Shown: piece by piece, positions 1-9,991 of the stretch
Layout: the number at the start of each line of letters is the position of its first letter
How positions within the stretch are numbered: position 1 is the first letter of the stretch
From: Candidatus Fervidifonticultor secundus
GTDB lineage: Bacteria; Sysuimicrobiota; Sysuimicrobiia; Sysuimicrobiales; Humicultoraceae
Reading direction: 5' to 3'
Length of the DNA: 64,000 bases
Assembly: GCA_031459385.1 (NCBI GenBank)
Contig: JAVKIP010000002.1
Span: 355 to 64,354, forward strand
Position numbers and translations under genes: made by a program
The notes under the pieces: model-generated
What the model saw: only the letters and a program-made list of their open reading frames with translations
Told to the model about the DNA's origin: nothing
Databases searched by the model: none

Positions 1-119
1 GCCAGCAGCATCGCCAGGACTCCAATGCCTATCGCAGCGCGACGGCGGAATTGGTCGTCGGCCAGTGTGCCCTCGTCTGCCGGTTCGCGGATCCGGTCCG
101 CAATCTCCATCGGCTCCAT
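1..119 (-). CDS. N-terminal part of a membrane protein, DUF4337-like; runs off the window edge
   Basis: Reverse-strand ATG at 119 reads MEPMEIADRIREPADEGTLADDQFRRRAAIGIGVLAMLL..., an acidic N-terminus followed by a TM helix; starts 11 nt after the stop of the upstream gene. Confidence 0.55.
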   Translation of the reverse strand, partial: MEPMEIADRIREPADEGTLADDQFRRRAAIGIGVLAMLL

Positions 120-130
120 GGGCGGCCCTG

Positions 131-721
131 CTACTCCCTCCCCGTCGATTGCCCCGTGCCCCCGGTGAGGAGCTTCTCAATCCGCTCCAGTCGCGTCTCG
201 ATGGCTGCAGTGCTCGCCTCCACTGCGGTAGGCCGCCGGGGAATTACCGTGATCGTTCCGCTCGTCTCCAGGATCACTTGGTCGCAGTCCTCGATCGATG
301 GTACCCCCTGGCGACGGACCGCGGCGAGCAGTTCGTCCTCCGTGATCATCTCCCGACGAAGGTGCTCCTCGATGATCCCGCCATTGCGGACCAGCCAGAC
401 GGGCTCGCCCTCGATCTTGCGGTCGAGTGCAGGATGGCGGTACAGAAAGCGGACAACGACGAGATTCGCGAGGACGAGCGTTGTGGCGCCGATGATACCG
501 CCGAAGAGCGAATCGTCGTTCCCGATGATGGCATTCTGGACGGTGTTCGAGATGGTCAGCAAGACTACCAGGTCAAACGCGTTCATCTGCGCCAGCTCGC
601 GACGGCCGCCGACCCGGAGAATGATGACCAGGAAGAGATAAACCAGCAGCGCGCGTATGATCTTCTCGGCAACACTGACGCCCGGGAGGAACAGGTTGCT
701 GAACAGCGTGGTCAAGTCCAT
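131..721 (-). CDS. DUF421/YetF family membrane protein
   Basis: Three TM segments, GRRELAQMNAFDLVVLL motif, C-terminal EGEPVWLVRNG...ILETSGTITVIP domain. Confidence 0.85.
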   Translation of the reverse strand: MDLTTLFSNLFLPGVSVAEKIIRALLVYLFLVIILRVGGRRELAQMNAFDLVVLLTISNTVQNAIIGNDDSLFGGIIGATTLVLANLVVVRFLYRHPALDRKIEGEPVWLVRNGGIIEEHLRREMITEDELLAAVRRQGVPSIEDCDQVILETSGTITVIPRRPTAVEASTAAIETRLERIEKLLTGGTGQSTGRE

Positions 722-768
722 GCCGGTGGGGACGGGGGAGCTCTTGCTCCCCCATCCTATGGTGCTGC

Positions 769-1167
769 CTACTTGCTGGCCAGTACGGTAACCCTGGTCG
801 CTTCGAACGTGGGGTTGTCCCCAGGCTTGAAGTGCCCCTGGACCGACACCTTCTCGTTGGGCTTGAGCATTGACGCCGAGATGGACTTCCTGCCCATGAG
901 CACCTTGGTGCTGGTCCCCAGCGTCACGGTTAGTTCACCGTTCTTCTCATAGCGGCGAAGGAACTTGGGCGCGCTGGTCACCCTGATGCGCACATCGGTG
1001 CCGTTGACAGACACGATGCGGCCCGTGAGCTGGAAGTTCCGCGTGCCGGTCGCCTTCGGTGCGCTGCTCGGCGTGCTGGACGACGAAGGCGTCGGCGCCG
1101 CCAGGGCGGCCGTCCCAACGACCAGCAGCACAAGTACAGCCAGAGAAGCAAACATCCACTTCTTCAT
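769..1167 (-). CDS. Small secreted protein, OB-fold/DUF5666-like
   Basis: Sec signal peptide (MKKW...ALA), Ser/Pro/Thr linker, beta-rich basic domain (GRIVSVNG...LKPNEKVSVQG); AAGGAGG SD. Confidence 0.65.
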   Translation of the reverse strand: MKKWMFASLAVLVLLVVGTAALAAPTPSSSSTPSSAPKATGTRNFQLTGRIVSVNGTDVRIRVTSAPKFLRRYEKNGELTVTLGTSTKVLMGRKSISASMLKPNEKVSVQGHFKPGDNPTFEATRVTVLASK

Positions 1168-1203
1168 CGCCTATCGCCTCCTTCAGGCAGTGACTTGCAC
1201 CTA

Positions 1204-2283
1204 CTAAAGCGCTTCACTGTCCAAAAAGTTCCCCGGCGACGGTTCCACGAATCCCCGTTCCGCCAGATCCAGCAACTCCTTCGCGAATGCCGCGGCCGGC
1301 GGTGCGAGGAACATCCCCATGAGCCCGAAGACCGCGTTCCCCACCAGCAGGGCCACGATAATCGTGGCTGCGTGCAGGTTGAGCTCGCGACCGATGACCC
1401 GGGGCATGATGACCTTGGATTCGACCAGTTGGAGCACGGCGAAGAACACCAGGACCGCCAGGCCGGTGGGGGCCGATTGCACCCAGGCCAGTCCCACAAT
1501 GGGAATGGCGCCCAGGACCGGTCCGATGATTGGCAGAGCACGTGTCAGTCCGGCCACGATACCCAGGAGCAAGGCGAAGGGAACGCCCATCAGGGCCAGA
1601 CCCACCCCCACGACGACACCGGCAATGAGCATCAGGACCATCTGGCCGCGGACGTACCCTGCGACGATGCGCCCAAGACGATGACTCGAAGCGAGCACGG
1701 GTTGGCGCGCTGCGCTGGGCAGGAACTGGAGCCACTCGTGCTTCAGGATGGGGGTGTCAACAAGGAAATAGAAGGCCAGAATTGGAACGAGGATGAGCTC
1801 AACGACGTGGGAGAGCGACCTGATGGTGGCGTGAACCATGTTGCCCAAGGCAACCAGGAGCAGGTCGCCAGCCCGGGCGATCGCCTCGTCTACGCTCTGT
1901 TGGAGATCAGGCGGCAAATGCTGCTCAAGCGCAGTGCGAGTGCGCAGCAGAAGTGTTGCGCCTTCACGCCGATACTGCCCCACGTTCCGCGCGAATCGGT
2001 TGAACTCGTCGCCGATTGGTTGAGCCGCCAACCGTCCGATTTCGCCGAGCGCGAAGGCGATCAGCACAAACACGGCAGTGACCGCGGCCAGGCGGGGCAG
2101 AGGACGGCCCGCGAATCGAAGACGGGTAACCGACTCTACCAGCGGAAGGAACGCGTACGTCAGCATCGCAGCCAGCGATACGGTGACGAGGACGAAGCGC
2201 AACACGAACAGGAGATACGTCGCGACCCCGATGAGGACCGCCGCCATGGTGAGACGCGCCCAGCGTTCAGTGAGCGGCGCCAA
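1204..2283 (-). CDS. AI-2E (PerM/TqsA) family transporter
   Basis: Multi-TM; YVRGQ, LPIIGPVLGAIP and LQLVESKVIMPRVIG..LNLH motifs. Confidence 0.9.
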   Translation of the reverse strand: MAPLTERWARLTMAAVLIGVATYLLFVLRFVLVTVSLAAMLTYAFLPLVESVTRLRFAGRPLPRLAAVTAVFVLIAFALGEIGRLAAQPIGDEFNRFARNVGQYRREGATLLLRTRTALEQHLPPDLQQSVDEAIARAGDLLLVALGNMVHATIRSLSHVVELILVPILAFYFLVDTPILKHEWLQFLPSAARQPVLASSHRLGRIVAGYVRGQMVLMLIAGVVVGVGLALMGVPFALLLGIVAGLTRALPIIGPVLGAIPIVGLAWVQSAPTGLAVLVFFAVLQLVESKVIMPRVIGRELNLHAATIIVALLVGNAVFGLMGMFLAPPAAAFAKELLDLAERGFVEPSPGNFLDSEAL

Positions 2284-2291
2284 ACGCGGTG

Positions 2292-3377
2292 CTATAGGTC
2301 GGCTTCGAGACGTTGAAGCAATGCCTTCGCCCAGAACGTCAGACGCGCCACGACGCCGGGCGGGGCATCAACCCCAATGGTCGATGCGATGCTAACGAGC
2401 TCGGCAGGAGAGAGATCGCCCGCCAGGGTCAGATCCAGCCCGCGCGCCCGCCACTGGAGCATGGTGAGGCCGCCCACTTGTCGGACCGACCCCATCCCCT
2501 CGGCCACGGCAATGGGCTTTCCCCTGTCCAGTGAGCGACGCGCGCCCTCGACCCCCTTCTGCTGGAAGAAACTCAGCGTGACCAGCCCGTCGGTGTAGTG
2601 CAGCACCGCCACGGGAACGGCGTGGGAGCGGCTGAGAAACGCCCGGTCGAGCACGAAACCGCCTGCGAGCCGCGGCGGCGCGATGGGATGGAAACGGACG
2701 CGACGCGCCAGGTCGTGGATGGCAACCGGCGGGTTCCAGGGAAGACGCCGCACCTCGACGCCTGGGGGCGGAGTGAACGCAAAGAGCTGTGCCGGGGGCT
2801 CCTGGTAGCGGATCTCGGTAAAGGCGGCCGCCTGGGCCATCCGTCCGTCGGCGTGGTAGCCCTCGCTGCGCAGCACGAGAAAGGTTTCGCGGTCGAGCCA
2901 GATTCTCAGTGCTACACGGTCCGAGGTGCGGGGCCTGACGGCAATCACGACTGCCGGGCGGCCCGCCACACGCTCCTCTCCGACAACCGCTGCCGTGTAG
3001 TTCGCCAGCAGCAGCGGGAGATGGTCGCCGGAGAGGACGCCATCGCCCGCCAACGCCGATGGCGAGAGCAACGCGAGCTTGGCTCCGGGCTCGTACTGCC
3101 AACGTCGGTGCCCGTCGTCAATCACGATCCGCCGCTTGCGGCTGGCGGTCGGCGGATACTCTAGCCGTAGGCCATTGGGTGCCCGGCGGGCCGTGACCAC
3201 GGTCGACGCCTCCGCTCCCCGATCTGTCCAGGCCATCACCACTTTCGTTCCAGTGAACGAGACCCGTGGGAGCGCTGCCACGGCGGCCGCCAGCCACTGC
3301 TCGCCCGACGGTGGTTGCGCGCCGACGGGCGCGGCGAGCGCGGCGCCCAGGGCGAGCAGCACGATGAGCATGATCAC
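2292..3377 (-). CDS. MucB/RseB-like sigma-E regulatory periplasmic protein (LolA-like fold plus DUF4367-like C-terminus)
   Basis: Signal peptide; DDGHRRWQYEP, VAGRPAVVI, IWLDRETFLVLR and LFAFTPPPG motifs; follows the anti-sigma gene. Confidence 0.8.
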   Translation of the reverse strand: MIMLIVLLALGAALAAPVGAQPPSGEQWLAAAVAALPRVSFTGTKVVMAWTDRGAEASTVVTARRAPNGLRLEYPPTASRKRRIVIDDGHRRWQYEPGAKLALLSPSALAGDGVLSGDHLPLLLANYTAAVVGEERVAGRPAVVIAVRPRTSDRVALRIWLDRETFLVLRSEGYHADGRMAQAAAFTEIRYQEPPAQLFAFTPPPGVEVRRLPWNPPVAIHDLARRVRFHPIAPPRLAGGFVLDRAFLSRSHAVPVAVLHYTDGLVTLSFFQQKGVEGARRSLDRGKPIAVAEGMGSVRQVGGLTMLQWRARGLDLTLAGDLSPAELVSIASTIGVDAPPGVVARLTFWAKALLQRLEADL

Positions 3378-3817
3378 GGGAAGATCCTCGGATCGAGCCT
3401 GAGCGATGCATCTGTGCTGACCAGGGTAATCACGGCCTGATCAGCCAGGGGATGGAGGGTGAGGTACCGCGCGTGTTCATGGACGAAGCCCTCGACGGGA
3501 AGCGCAACCGAGCCTACGGGGACGGCGGCCAGTGCTGCGGCAAGCGCGGCAGCGATCGCGGCCGGGATCAGAAGACGCGAGAACCATCGTTGCCGTCGCC
3601 GGCGGCGCTCCTCGGCAAGGCGCACCTCCAGGCGATGCCAGAACGCGGCGCGTGGCCCCGGCGTATCGGCGCGCCTGATGAGGGAAAGCGTCGCCCGCAG
3701 ACTGTCCAGGTCCGCCCTGCAGGCGGCGCACTGCTCAAGATGGCGCTCGACCTCGGCGGCGGCCGTGGCATCAAGCCGACCGTCGACGAACTCTGTCAGG
3801 CGTTCACCCAGGTGCAT
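3374..3817 (-). CDS. Zinc-finger (zf-HC2, HxxxCxxC) anti-sigma factor
   Basis: HLEQCAAC motif, one TM helix, directly downstream of the ECF sigma. Confidence 0.9.
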   Translation of the reverse strand: MHLGERLTEFVDGRLDATAAAEVERHLEQCAACRADLDSLRATLSLIRRADTPGPRAAFWHRLEVRLAEERRRRRQRWFSRLLIPAAIAAALAAALAAVPVGSVALPVEGFVHEHARYLTLHPLADQAVITLVSTDASLRLDPRIFP

Positions 3818-3819
3818 GG

Positions 3820-4389
3820 CTAGGCCTCGCCGAGGTGACGCGCAAGCTGCTCGCGGAGCGCCTCCCGCGCCCGGTGTAGACGCGATCGCACCGTGCCCAC
3901 AGGACAGTGCATCATCTCACTTGCCTCTTCGTACGACAATCCCTCAAGATCGATCAGCACGGCCGTCAGGCGGTACTCGGGCGGCAGGGCAGCCAGGGCG
4001 GCATGCACCGCCGCACTCAGCTGCCCTCGCACGGCACGCTCCTCGGGAGTCGGCGCTCGATCAAGGGGCTCCCGCAGGTCCGGAGAGTCGAGCGACTCCA
4101 GGAGGTGGCGGCGCCGTCGGCGCACGTCGTCGATAAACGTGTGCGTCATGATCCGATAGACCCAGCGATCGAACCGCGAGCCCGGCCGAAAACGACTGAA
4201 CGCCCTGAAGGCCTCGAGGATCGCTTCTTGCGCCAGGTCTTCGGCATCGGCGTCGTTTCCCGTCAGCCGATACGCCATCCGGTAAATGGCCTCGCCGTGC
4301 TGGCGAACCAGGCCCTCGAAGGTCTCATGCCGCACCTCGGTATTCTCACCCACCGCGGGCACAGGAAAGCGTTCCATCAGCACTTCCAT
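3820..4389 (-). CDS. ECF sigma-70 family RNA polymerase sigma factor (start 4389 or 4377)
   Basis: DAEDLAQEA, F.RWVYRI, GLSYEEASEMMHCPVGTVRSRLHRAR. Confidence 0.93.
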   Translation of the reverse strand: MEVLMERFPVPAVGENTEVRHETFEGLVRQHGEAIYRMAYRLTGNDADAEDLAQEAILEAFRAFSRFRPGSRFDRWVYRIMTHTFIDDVRRRRRHLLESLDSPDLREPLDRAPTPEERAVRGQLSAAVHAALAALPPEYRLTAVLIDLEGLSYEEASEMMHCPVGTVRSRLHRAREALREQLARHLGEA

Positions 4390-4420
4390 GAAACTTGCTC
4401 CCGATTGGAGGGTCGCGCGC

Positions 4421-4612
4421 TCAACTGCGCGGCCGGTCAGGGCGGCTCTCGCCAGACCCCTTGACATCCTCCTCAAGCTCATGCACGCTCTGTCGGAATT
4501 CCCGAACAGCCTTCCCCAGCGCCCCTCCGATGCCCACGAGGCGCTGAGGGCCGAAGAGCAACAATGCGATCACAAGAATCACGAGCAGTTCGGGTGCCCC
4601 CACGTTCGGCAT
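4421..4612 (-). CDS. tatA: Twin-arginine translocase TatA/TatE subunit
   Basis: MPNVGAPELLVILVIALLLFGPQRL..IG.ALGKAVREFR. Confidence 0.9.
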   Translation of the reverse strand: MPNVGAPELLVILVIALLLFGPQRLVGIGGALGKAVREFRQSVHELEEDVKGSGESRPDRPRS

Positions 4613-4653
4613 GACCGCTCATCCCATCCTGTGTGACGATCTCGTCTATAACT

Positions 4654-4716
4654 AGCGATTCAGCTAAAGGAAAGGTTCCTTCCAGCATGGTACAAACACA
4701 AGACGGAGTCAGTTCC
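4654..4716 (-). promoter_or_regulatory. Two tandem ECF-sigma-type promoters (GGAACT-N16-TGTA at 4716-4691; GGAACC-N16-CGCT at 4679-4654)
   Basis: Match to the GGAAC-N16/17-CGT-type ECF consensus, upstream of the tatA-ECF operon. Confidence 0.5.
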
Positions 4717-4839
4717 TCAACGCTGAGCCTGTCTTAGGCCGCACACTTCCGTCCGGGCCGTGTGCGGGGGTCACAGCGCGCCTGTGACCTCGGTCGCTGC
4801 TGACCTGGCACGGGCGGGATCAGCAGCACGCGCCGGGCG

Positions 4840-6039
4840 TCACGGTCTCCCGCCGCCGGCCAGCTTGGTGAACAGCCGTTCCCACTGCGGGATGACCCGG
4901 CCGGCCGCGTACATCGCGGCCCGCTCCTGGCCCTCGCGGGCCAGGGTGCGCGCCAGCGCGTCGTCCGTGAGCACGCGGGCCAGCGCACCAGCCAGCGCGG
5001 TGGCGTCATCCTCCTGCACCAGCAACCCGTAGCGGCCGCCGTCGAGCAGCTCGGCCGGGCCGCAGCAGCAGTCTGCAGCCACCACCGGCACCCCCAGCGT
5101 CATCGCCTCCAGGAGCACCATCGAGAAGCTCTCGAGCCGGGAGGGCAGGGCCAGCACCCGCGCGCTGCGGACCAGCGGGTACGGGTTGGGCACGAACCCC
5201 GGCATGAAGACCGACGCCTCGACCCCGAGGCCGCGGGCCAGCGCCCGCAGCGCCGGCGCCTCGGGGCCGTCGCCGAGCAGCAACAGGTGGTGGTCGAGGC
5301 CCTGGAGGCGCAGGGCTCGGTGCGCCTTGAGCACAAGGTCGAAGCCTTTGTACCGGTACAGGCGGCCGACGCCGACCACGACGGGGCGGCCGAAGACGCT
5401 GGTCATGCCGGCCGGGATCGCCTCGGTGGCCATGCGGGAGATCCGCGCGGTATCTACCAGGTTTGGGATCACGTGCAGCCGGTGCGCGGGCACGGCCGCG
5501 ACGGCCTGGAGCGCCCGGGCCGCGCCCTGCGAGGGGCACACGACAGCGGCGAGGCGGGGGTAGAGCCACCGCACTGGATGCCGCGCGAGGGGAGAGACGA
5601 GCCGGATGTACGGTTCCAGCGACGTGTGCACCCACCCCACCACAGGCCTGCGGCTCAGCAGCCCGCCGACGAAGGCGGCGTAGGTGGCGTCCTCCTCCAT
5701 GCCCCCCACGACGACATCGGCCCACGTGCACAGCCGTCGCAGCATCCCCATCATGCGGGGTGCGGCGGGGAGCAGACGCACGCCGGGCTCGGCGACGAAC
5801 GCCACGCGGACGTCAGCGGGGATCTCCTCCAGGTACGGGCCCTCGCGCCGGATCAACAGCAGGACGCGCTCGATCGAGGGCGGGAGGCTGCGCAGGACGT
5901 CCAGCACGAGCCGCTCGGCGCCGCCGCCGGCGAGCTTGAGCAGCACGACCACGACCCGCAGCCGGCGCGCCGCGCCGAGGGAGTCCGCCGGCCGCGGACG
6001 GGACGCCGCGGCGTCCATGGGGGAGGAGGTGATCGCCAT
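4840..6039 (-). CDS. Glycosyltransferase family 4 (GT-B)
   Basis: GGAERLV, VGVGRL..YKGFD, GFVPNPY, SRLESFSMVLLEAM motifs. Confidence 0.92.
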   Translation of the reverse strand: MAITSSPMDAAASRPRPADSLGAARRLRVVVVLLKLAGGGAERLVLDVLRSLPPSIERVLLLIRREGPYLEEIPADVRVAFVAEPGVRLLPAAPRMMGMLRRLCTWADVVVGGMEEDATYAAFVGGLLSRRPVVGWVHTSLEPYIRLVSPLARHPVRWLYPRLAAVVCPSQGAARALQAVAAVPAHRLHVIPNLVDTARISRMATEAIPAGMTSVFGRPVVVGVGRLYRYKGFDLVLKAHRALRLQGLDHHLLLLGDGPEAPALRALARGLGVEASVFMPGFVPNPYPLVRSARVLALPSRLESFSMVLLEAMTLGVPVVAADCCCGPAELLDGGRYGLLVQEDDATALAGALARVLTDDALARTLAREGQERAAMYAAGRVIPQWERLFTKLAGGGRP

Positions 6040-6071
6040 GCGTCGCCCGCGGCTGTAGCGGTGCGCTGCCG

Positions 6072-6101
6072 ATCATAGCACGGGCCCGGGCGGACTGTCA
6101 G
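6072..6101 (-). promoter_or_regulatory. Sigma70-type promoter of the GT4 gene (CTGACA-N18-TATGAT, extended -10 TG)
   Basis: Consensus-like hexamers in the divergent intergenic region. Confidence 0.5.
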
Positions 6102-6193
6102 GAGCTGCGCGGCCTACCGGTCCCGCGGAGGAGAGCGGGCAGCGTGGCTGGAATTCTGGAAGGTCTTTGCATGCCTGTGCAGCCCATGCGCCC

Positions 6194-7426
6194 ATGCCGT
6201 ACGATCTGGTGATCCGCCGCGCGCAACTGCGCGGCCGCGCCACCCTGGCCGACATCGCCATCGCCGGGCCGCGCATCGCCGCCGTTGCCGGGCGCATCGA
6301 GGCGCCGGGTCGCCAGGAGATCGACGCCGCCGGCCGGCTCGTCACCGAGCCGTTCGTCGACTGCCATTTCCACATCGACAAGGCGTTCACGGGCACGCTG
6401 GTCGGGCGGTTCGCGTACCCGCTGCGGGATCCCGACGGCATCGCTCCCGGTGCCGATCCGGTGGCACAGCATCGGGCGCTGAAGCCCGGGTACACCGTCG
6501 ACGGTGTGGCCGCGCGCATCGAGCGGGCGCTGGCCCTGGCCCTCGGCCACGGCACCCTCGCGGTCCGCATGTTCGTCGACGTCGACCCGATCCAGCGGCT
6601 GGTGGCGCTGCGGGCAGCGCTACGGGCCCGGGATCGCTATGGTGACCGCATGACCCTGCAGATCTGCGCCTTCCCGCAGGAAGGCGGGATGCGCGATGCC
6701 GCCACGGTCGCCCTGATGGAAGAGGCCCTGGCCCTGGGCGCCGACGTGGTGGGCGGCATTCCGTGGATCGAGCCCGATGCGGACGCCGCGCAGGAGCACA
6801 TCGCGCGCTGCTTCGCCCTGGCGGTGCGGGCGGACCGCGACGTGCACCTGCTGTGCGACGACTTACCCGACCCCCGGTCGCGTACGCTGGAGATGGCGGC
6901 GGCCGCTGCCATCCGGCATGGGTACCACGGCCGCCTGGCCTGCAGCCATGCCGGAGCGCTCAGGTCCTACGCCGAGGACCACGCGCGGGCGGTCATCGAT
7001 CTGGTGCGGACCGCCGGCGCGCACATCGTGGTGATCCCGACCCTCAACCTGCTGGGGACCCTGACGCGGGTCGAGGCCTTGCTGGCCGCGGGCGTCACCG
7101 TGTGCTGCGGCCAGGATGACCTCGACAACTTCTTCTACCCGCTCGGCCGGGCGGACATGCTGGAGGCTGCCGCCTTCCTGGTGCACGCCGCGCGGCTGAC
7201 CACCCCGCAGGGGCTGGAGACCGCCTTCGATTGCGTCACGCGCCACGGCGCGCGGGCGCTGCGCCTGGCCGACTACGGGCTCCACGCCGGGGCCCGGGCC
7301 GACCTCGTCGTCTTCGAGGCGCGCACCGTGCACGAGGCGCTGCAGATGCAGGCCCCCCGGGCGTACGTGATCGCGCGCGGGCGCGTGGTCGCCACCACCG
7401 TATGCCAGACGACGATCGTCGGATGA
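6194..7426 (+). CDS. Amidohydrolase, cytosine/creatinine deaminase-like (non-canonical HxxE motif)
   Basis: FVDCHFHIDK, QICAFPQEG, GADVVGGIP, GQDD..N.FYPLG. Confidence 0.85.
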   Translation: MPYDLVIRRAQLRGRATLADIAIAGPRIAAVAGRIEAPGRQEIDAAGRLVTEPFVDCHFHIDKAFTGTLVGRFAYPLRDPDGIAPGADPVAQHRALKPGYTVDGVAARIERALALALGHGTLAVRMFVDVDPIQRLVALRAALRARDRYGDRMTLQICAFPQEGGMRDAATVALMEEALALGADVVGGIPWIEPDADAAQEHIARCFALAVRADRDVHLLCDDLPDPRSRTLEMAAAAAIRHGYHGRLACSHAGALRSYAEDHARAVIDLVRTAGAHIVVIPTLNLLGTLTRVEALLAAGVTVCCGQDDLDNFFYPLGRADMLEAAAFLVHAARLTTPQGLETAFDCVTRHGARALRLADYGLHAGARADLVVFEARTVHEALQMQAPRAYVIARGRVVATTVCQTTIVG

Positions 7427-8691
7427 GGCGCAGGGTGGCGCGCGACCGGACCCACGGCGCCCCCAGGTATCCCCTGGTCCTGCGCGGTGGCCGGATCGCC
7501 GGTGATCCCACCGCACCGCCCAGGTCCCTCGACGTCGCCGTCGGGCCCGACGGCCGTATTCACGAGATGGCACCGCGCCTGCCTGCGCGGGGCGTCGACG
7601 AGTGGGACCTGCGGGGCCGCTTGGTCATGCCCGGGCTGGTGGACGTCCACCAGCACCTGGATAAGTGTCTGACCGCGCGGGCCGTGCCCAACCCCTCGGG
7701 CACGCTGGCGGGGGCCATCATGGGGTTCCAGGAGTACGCCGGCCGTGCGGGCCGCGAGGAGATCCTGCACCGGGCCGCGCGTGTGGCCGAGGCCTGCCTG
7801 GCACGAGGCACCGTGGCGATTCGGACGCACGCGAACGTGGACGATGTGTGGGGGCTGCGGGCGGTGGAGGCGCTGGTGGAGCTGCGCGCCCGGCTGCGCG
7901 CCCGGCTCCGCCTGCAGGTGGTGGCCCTGGTGGGCGGCGCGCCGCTTGCCACCGAGACCGCGCGCGGCCTGCTGGAGGAGGCGCTGGAGGCGGGCGCAGA
8001 CGTCGTGGGCGGGGTGCCGGCGCTCGCCTCCGAGCCCGAGCGGTACCTCGACATGCTCTTCGCCGTGGCCGTGCGGCGCGACCGACCGCTGGACCTCCAC
8101 GTCGATGAGACGCTGGACCCTGCATGCCGGTACCTCGCGGGGGTGGCGCGGCGCACACGGGAGCACCGGCTGGCCGGACGCGTGGTGGCCGGGCACTGCT
8201 GCTCGCTGGCGGCGCTTCCCCCGGAGGAGGCCGCGCCCATCATCGAGGCCGTCGCCGACGCCGGGGTGGGCGTGGTGACCCTGCCCGCGTCCAACCTGTT
8301 CCTCCAGGGGCGTGGCGCGGGCATCCTCGCGCCGAGGGGGCTGACCCGCGTGGCCGACCTGCTGCGGGCTGGGGTGCCGGTCGCCTACGCCTCGGACAAC
8401 ATCCAGGACCCGTTCACCCCGGTGGGGAGCGGCGACCTGCTCGAAATCGGCCGGTGGACGCTGCTGGCGGCCCAGCTGCCGGCCGACGGCCTGGGACAGG
8501 TCGTGGCCATGGGCACGACGGTGCCGGCGGCGATGATGGGCATGGCCACCGACTACGGTCTGCGTCCGGGGGCCCACGCAGACCTGCTCGTGCTGGACGC
8601 GGCCGATGCCGCGGACGCGCTGTGCACCGGCCCCGCGGTGCGCACGGTCTTCGTCGGCGGCAGGCACGTTGCGGGGCCGCGCCCAATATGA
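7423..8691 (+). CDS. Amidohydrolase, cytosine deaminase (CodA)-like
   Basis: LVDVHQHLDK, IRTH, DLHVDE, GHCCSL, ASDNIQDPF; ATGA overlap with the upstream gene. Confidence 0.88.
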   Translation: MRRRVARDRTHGAPRYPLVLRGGRIAGDPTAPPRSLDVAVGPDGRIHEMAPRLPARGVDEWDLRGRLVMPGLVDVHQHLDKCLTARAVPNPSGTLAGAIMGFQEYAGRAGREEILHRAARVAEACLARGTVAIRTHANVDDVWGLRAVEALVELRARLRARLRLQVVALVGGAPLATETARGLLEEALEAGADVVGGVPALASEPERYLDMLFAVAVRRDRPLDLHVDETLDPACRYLAGVARRTREHRLAGRVVAGHCCSLAALPPEEAAPIIEAVADAGVGVVTLPASNLFLQGRGAGILAPRGLTRVADLLRAGVPVAYASDNIQDPFTPVGSGDLLEIGRWTLLAAQLPADGLGQVVAMGTTVPAAMMGMATDYGLRPGAHADLLVLDAADAADALCTGPAVRTVFVGGRHVAGPRPI

Positions 8692-8733
8692 GGACATGCC
8701 GCCCGATGTCACCTTGTGGGGGGTGAGGATATC

Positions 8734-9987
8734 ATGCATCGCCGGATCTCGCGCATTGTCACAGCCGTCGTGGTCGCCCTGGGGCTCGTGGTACCCGCGG
8801 GCGCGCAGCCCGCGGGGCTGACGACGATCGAGTACTGGCACATCTTCTCGGAGACGTTTGGCGGCCCAGTGCTGCGCGACGTCGTCAGCCGGTTCAACGA
8901 GTCATCCCAGTCGGTCCGGGTGGTGGAGCGGTTCCAGCCCGGCGGCTACGGCGGGCTGCTGACCGCGCTGCAGGCGGCCATCGCAGCCCGGACGCCGCCG
9001 GCCGTGGCGGTCATCGGCTACAACTTCACGGGGTTCGTCATCGACAACTTCCCGCACCGGCCCGTGGGGGACCTGCCCGGCGCCCGCGAGATCCTCAACG
9101 GGCTGGCGCCGGGCGTGCGGGCGTTCGGCCAGAAGGCCGGCAGGCAGCACGGGATGCCCTACAGCGTCAGCGTGCCTATCATGTTCTACAACGCCGACCT
9201 GTTCAGAGCCGCCGGGCTCAATCCGGACCGGCCACCGGCCACCTGGCAGGAGGTGCTGCAGGCCGCCCTGCAGATCAAGGCCCGCACGGGAAAGTTCGGC
9301 ATCTTCATGTGGAACCGCGACACGTTCGTGATCCAGTCGCTGGTGGAGTCCAACGGCGGGTCCTGGCTCGGCCCGGACGGGCGGACGGTGACCGTCAACG
9401 CGCCGGCCAACAAGGAGGCCCTGCAGTTCTACAGCGACCTCGTCAACGTGCACAAGGTGACGCCGCTGGCCACCTCCGACGAGGCCCAGGCGTCGTTCCT
9501 GCGCGGCGAGATCGCGATGCACGTGGCGTCGGTGGCCAACCTGGAGAACTTCCAGCGCAGCGCGCGGTTCGAGCTGCGCACGGCGCTCTTCCCGACGTTC
9601 GGCACGCGGCCGCGGCGGGTGGTGGCGGGTGGCAACAACCTGTTCATCTTCGCAACCGACGACCGGCAGGTGGGGGCGGCCTGGCGCTTCGTGCGCTACC
9701 TCGTCTCGGCCGATGGCCTGAGCCGCTGGACGAACGGGCTGGGCTACGTCTCGCCGGTCAGGCGCATGGTGGAGGCGCAGAAGGTGAAGCCCCTCAACCC
9801 GCTGGCGCGCCCGGCCCTCGACGAACTGGAACACGTGGTGGTGTGGACCAACTTCCCGGGTAGCCAGGGCCCCCAGGCGGAACGCGCCATTCTCGACGCC
9901 GTGGCGGCCTTCCTCAGCGGCCGGACGCCGGCCGGCGCAGCCCTCGACGAGGCGCACGCCAAGGTCGCCGACCTGGCCAGGCGGTAG
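8734..9987 (+). CDS. Carbohydrate ABC transporter substrate-binding protein (UgpB-like)
   Basis: Signal peptide, IEYWH, MPYSVSVPIMFYNADLF..AGL.P..PP.TW, AWRFVRYL. Confidence 0.9.
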   Translation: MHRRISRIVTAVVVALGLVVPAGAQPAGLTTIEYWHIFSETFGGPVLRDVVSRFNESSQSVRVVERFQPGGYGGLLTALQAAIAARTPPAVAVIGYNFTGFVIDNFPHRPVGDLPGAREILNGLAPGVRAFGQKAGRQHGMPYSVSVPIMFYNADLFRAAGLNPDRPPATWQEVLQAALQIKARTGKFGIFMWNRDTFVIQSLVESNGGSWLGPDGRTVTVNAPANKEALQFYSDLVNVHKVTPLATSDEAQASFLRGEIAMHVASVANLENFQRSARFELRTALFPTFGTRPRRVVAGGNNLFIFATDDRQVGAAWRFVRYLVSADGLSRWTNGLGYVSPVRRMVEAQKVKPLNPLARPALDELEHVVVWTNFPGSQGPQAERAILDAVAAFLSGRTPAGAALDEAHAKVADLARR

Positions 9988-9991
9988 CACC

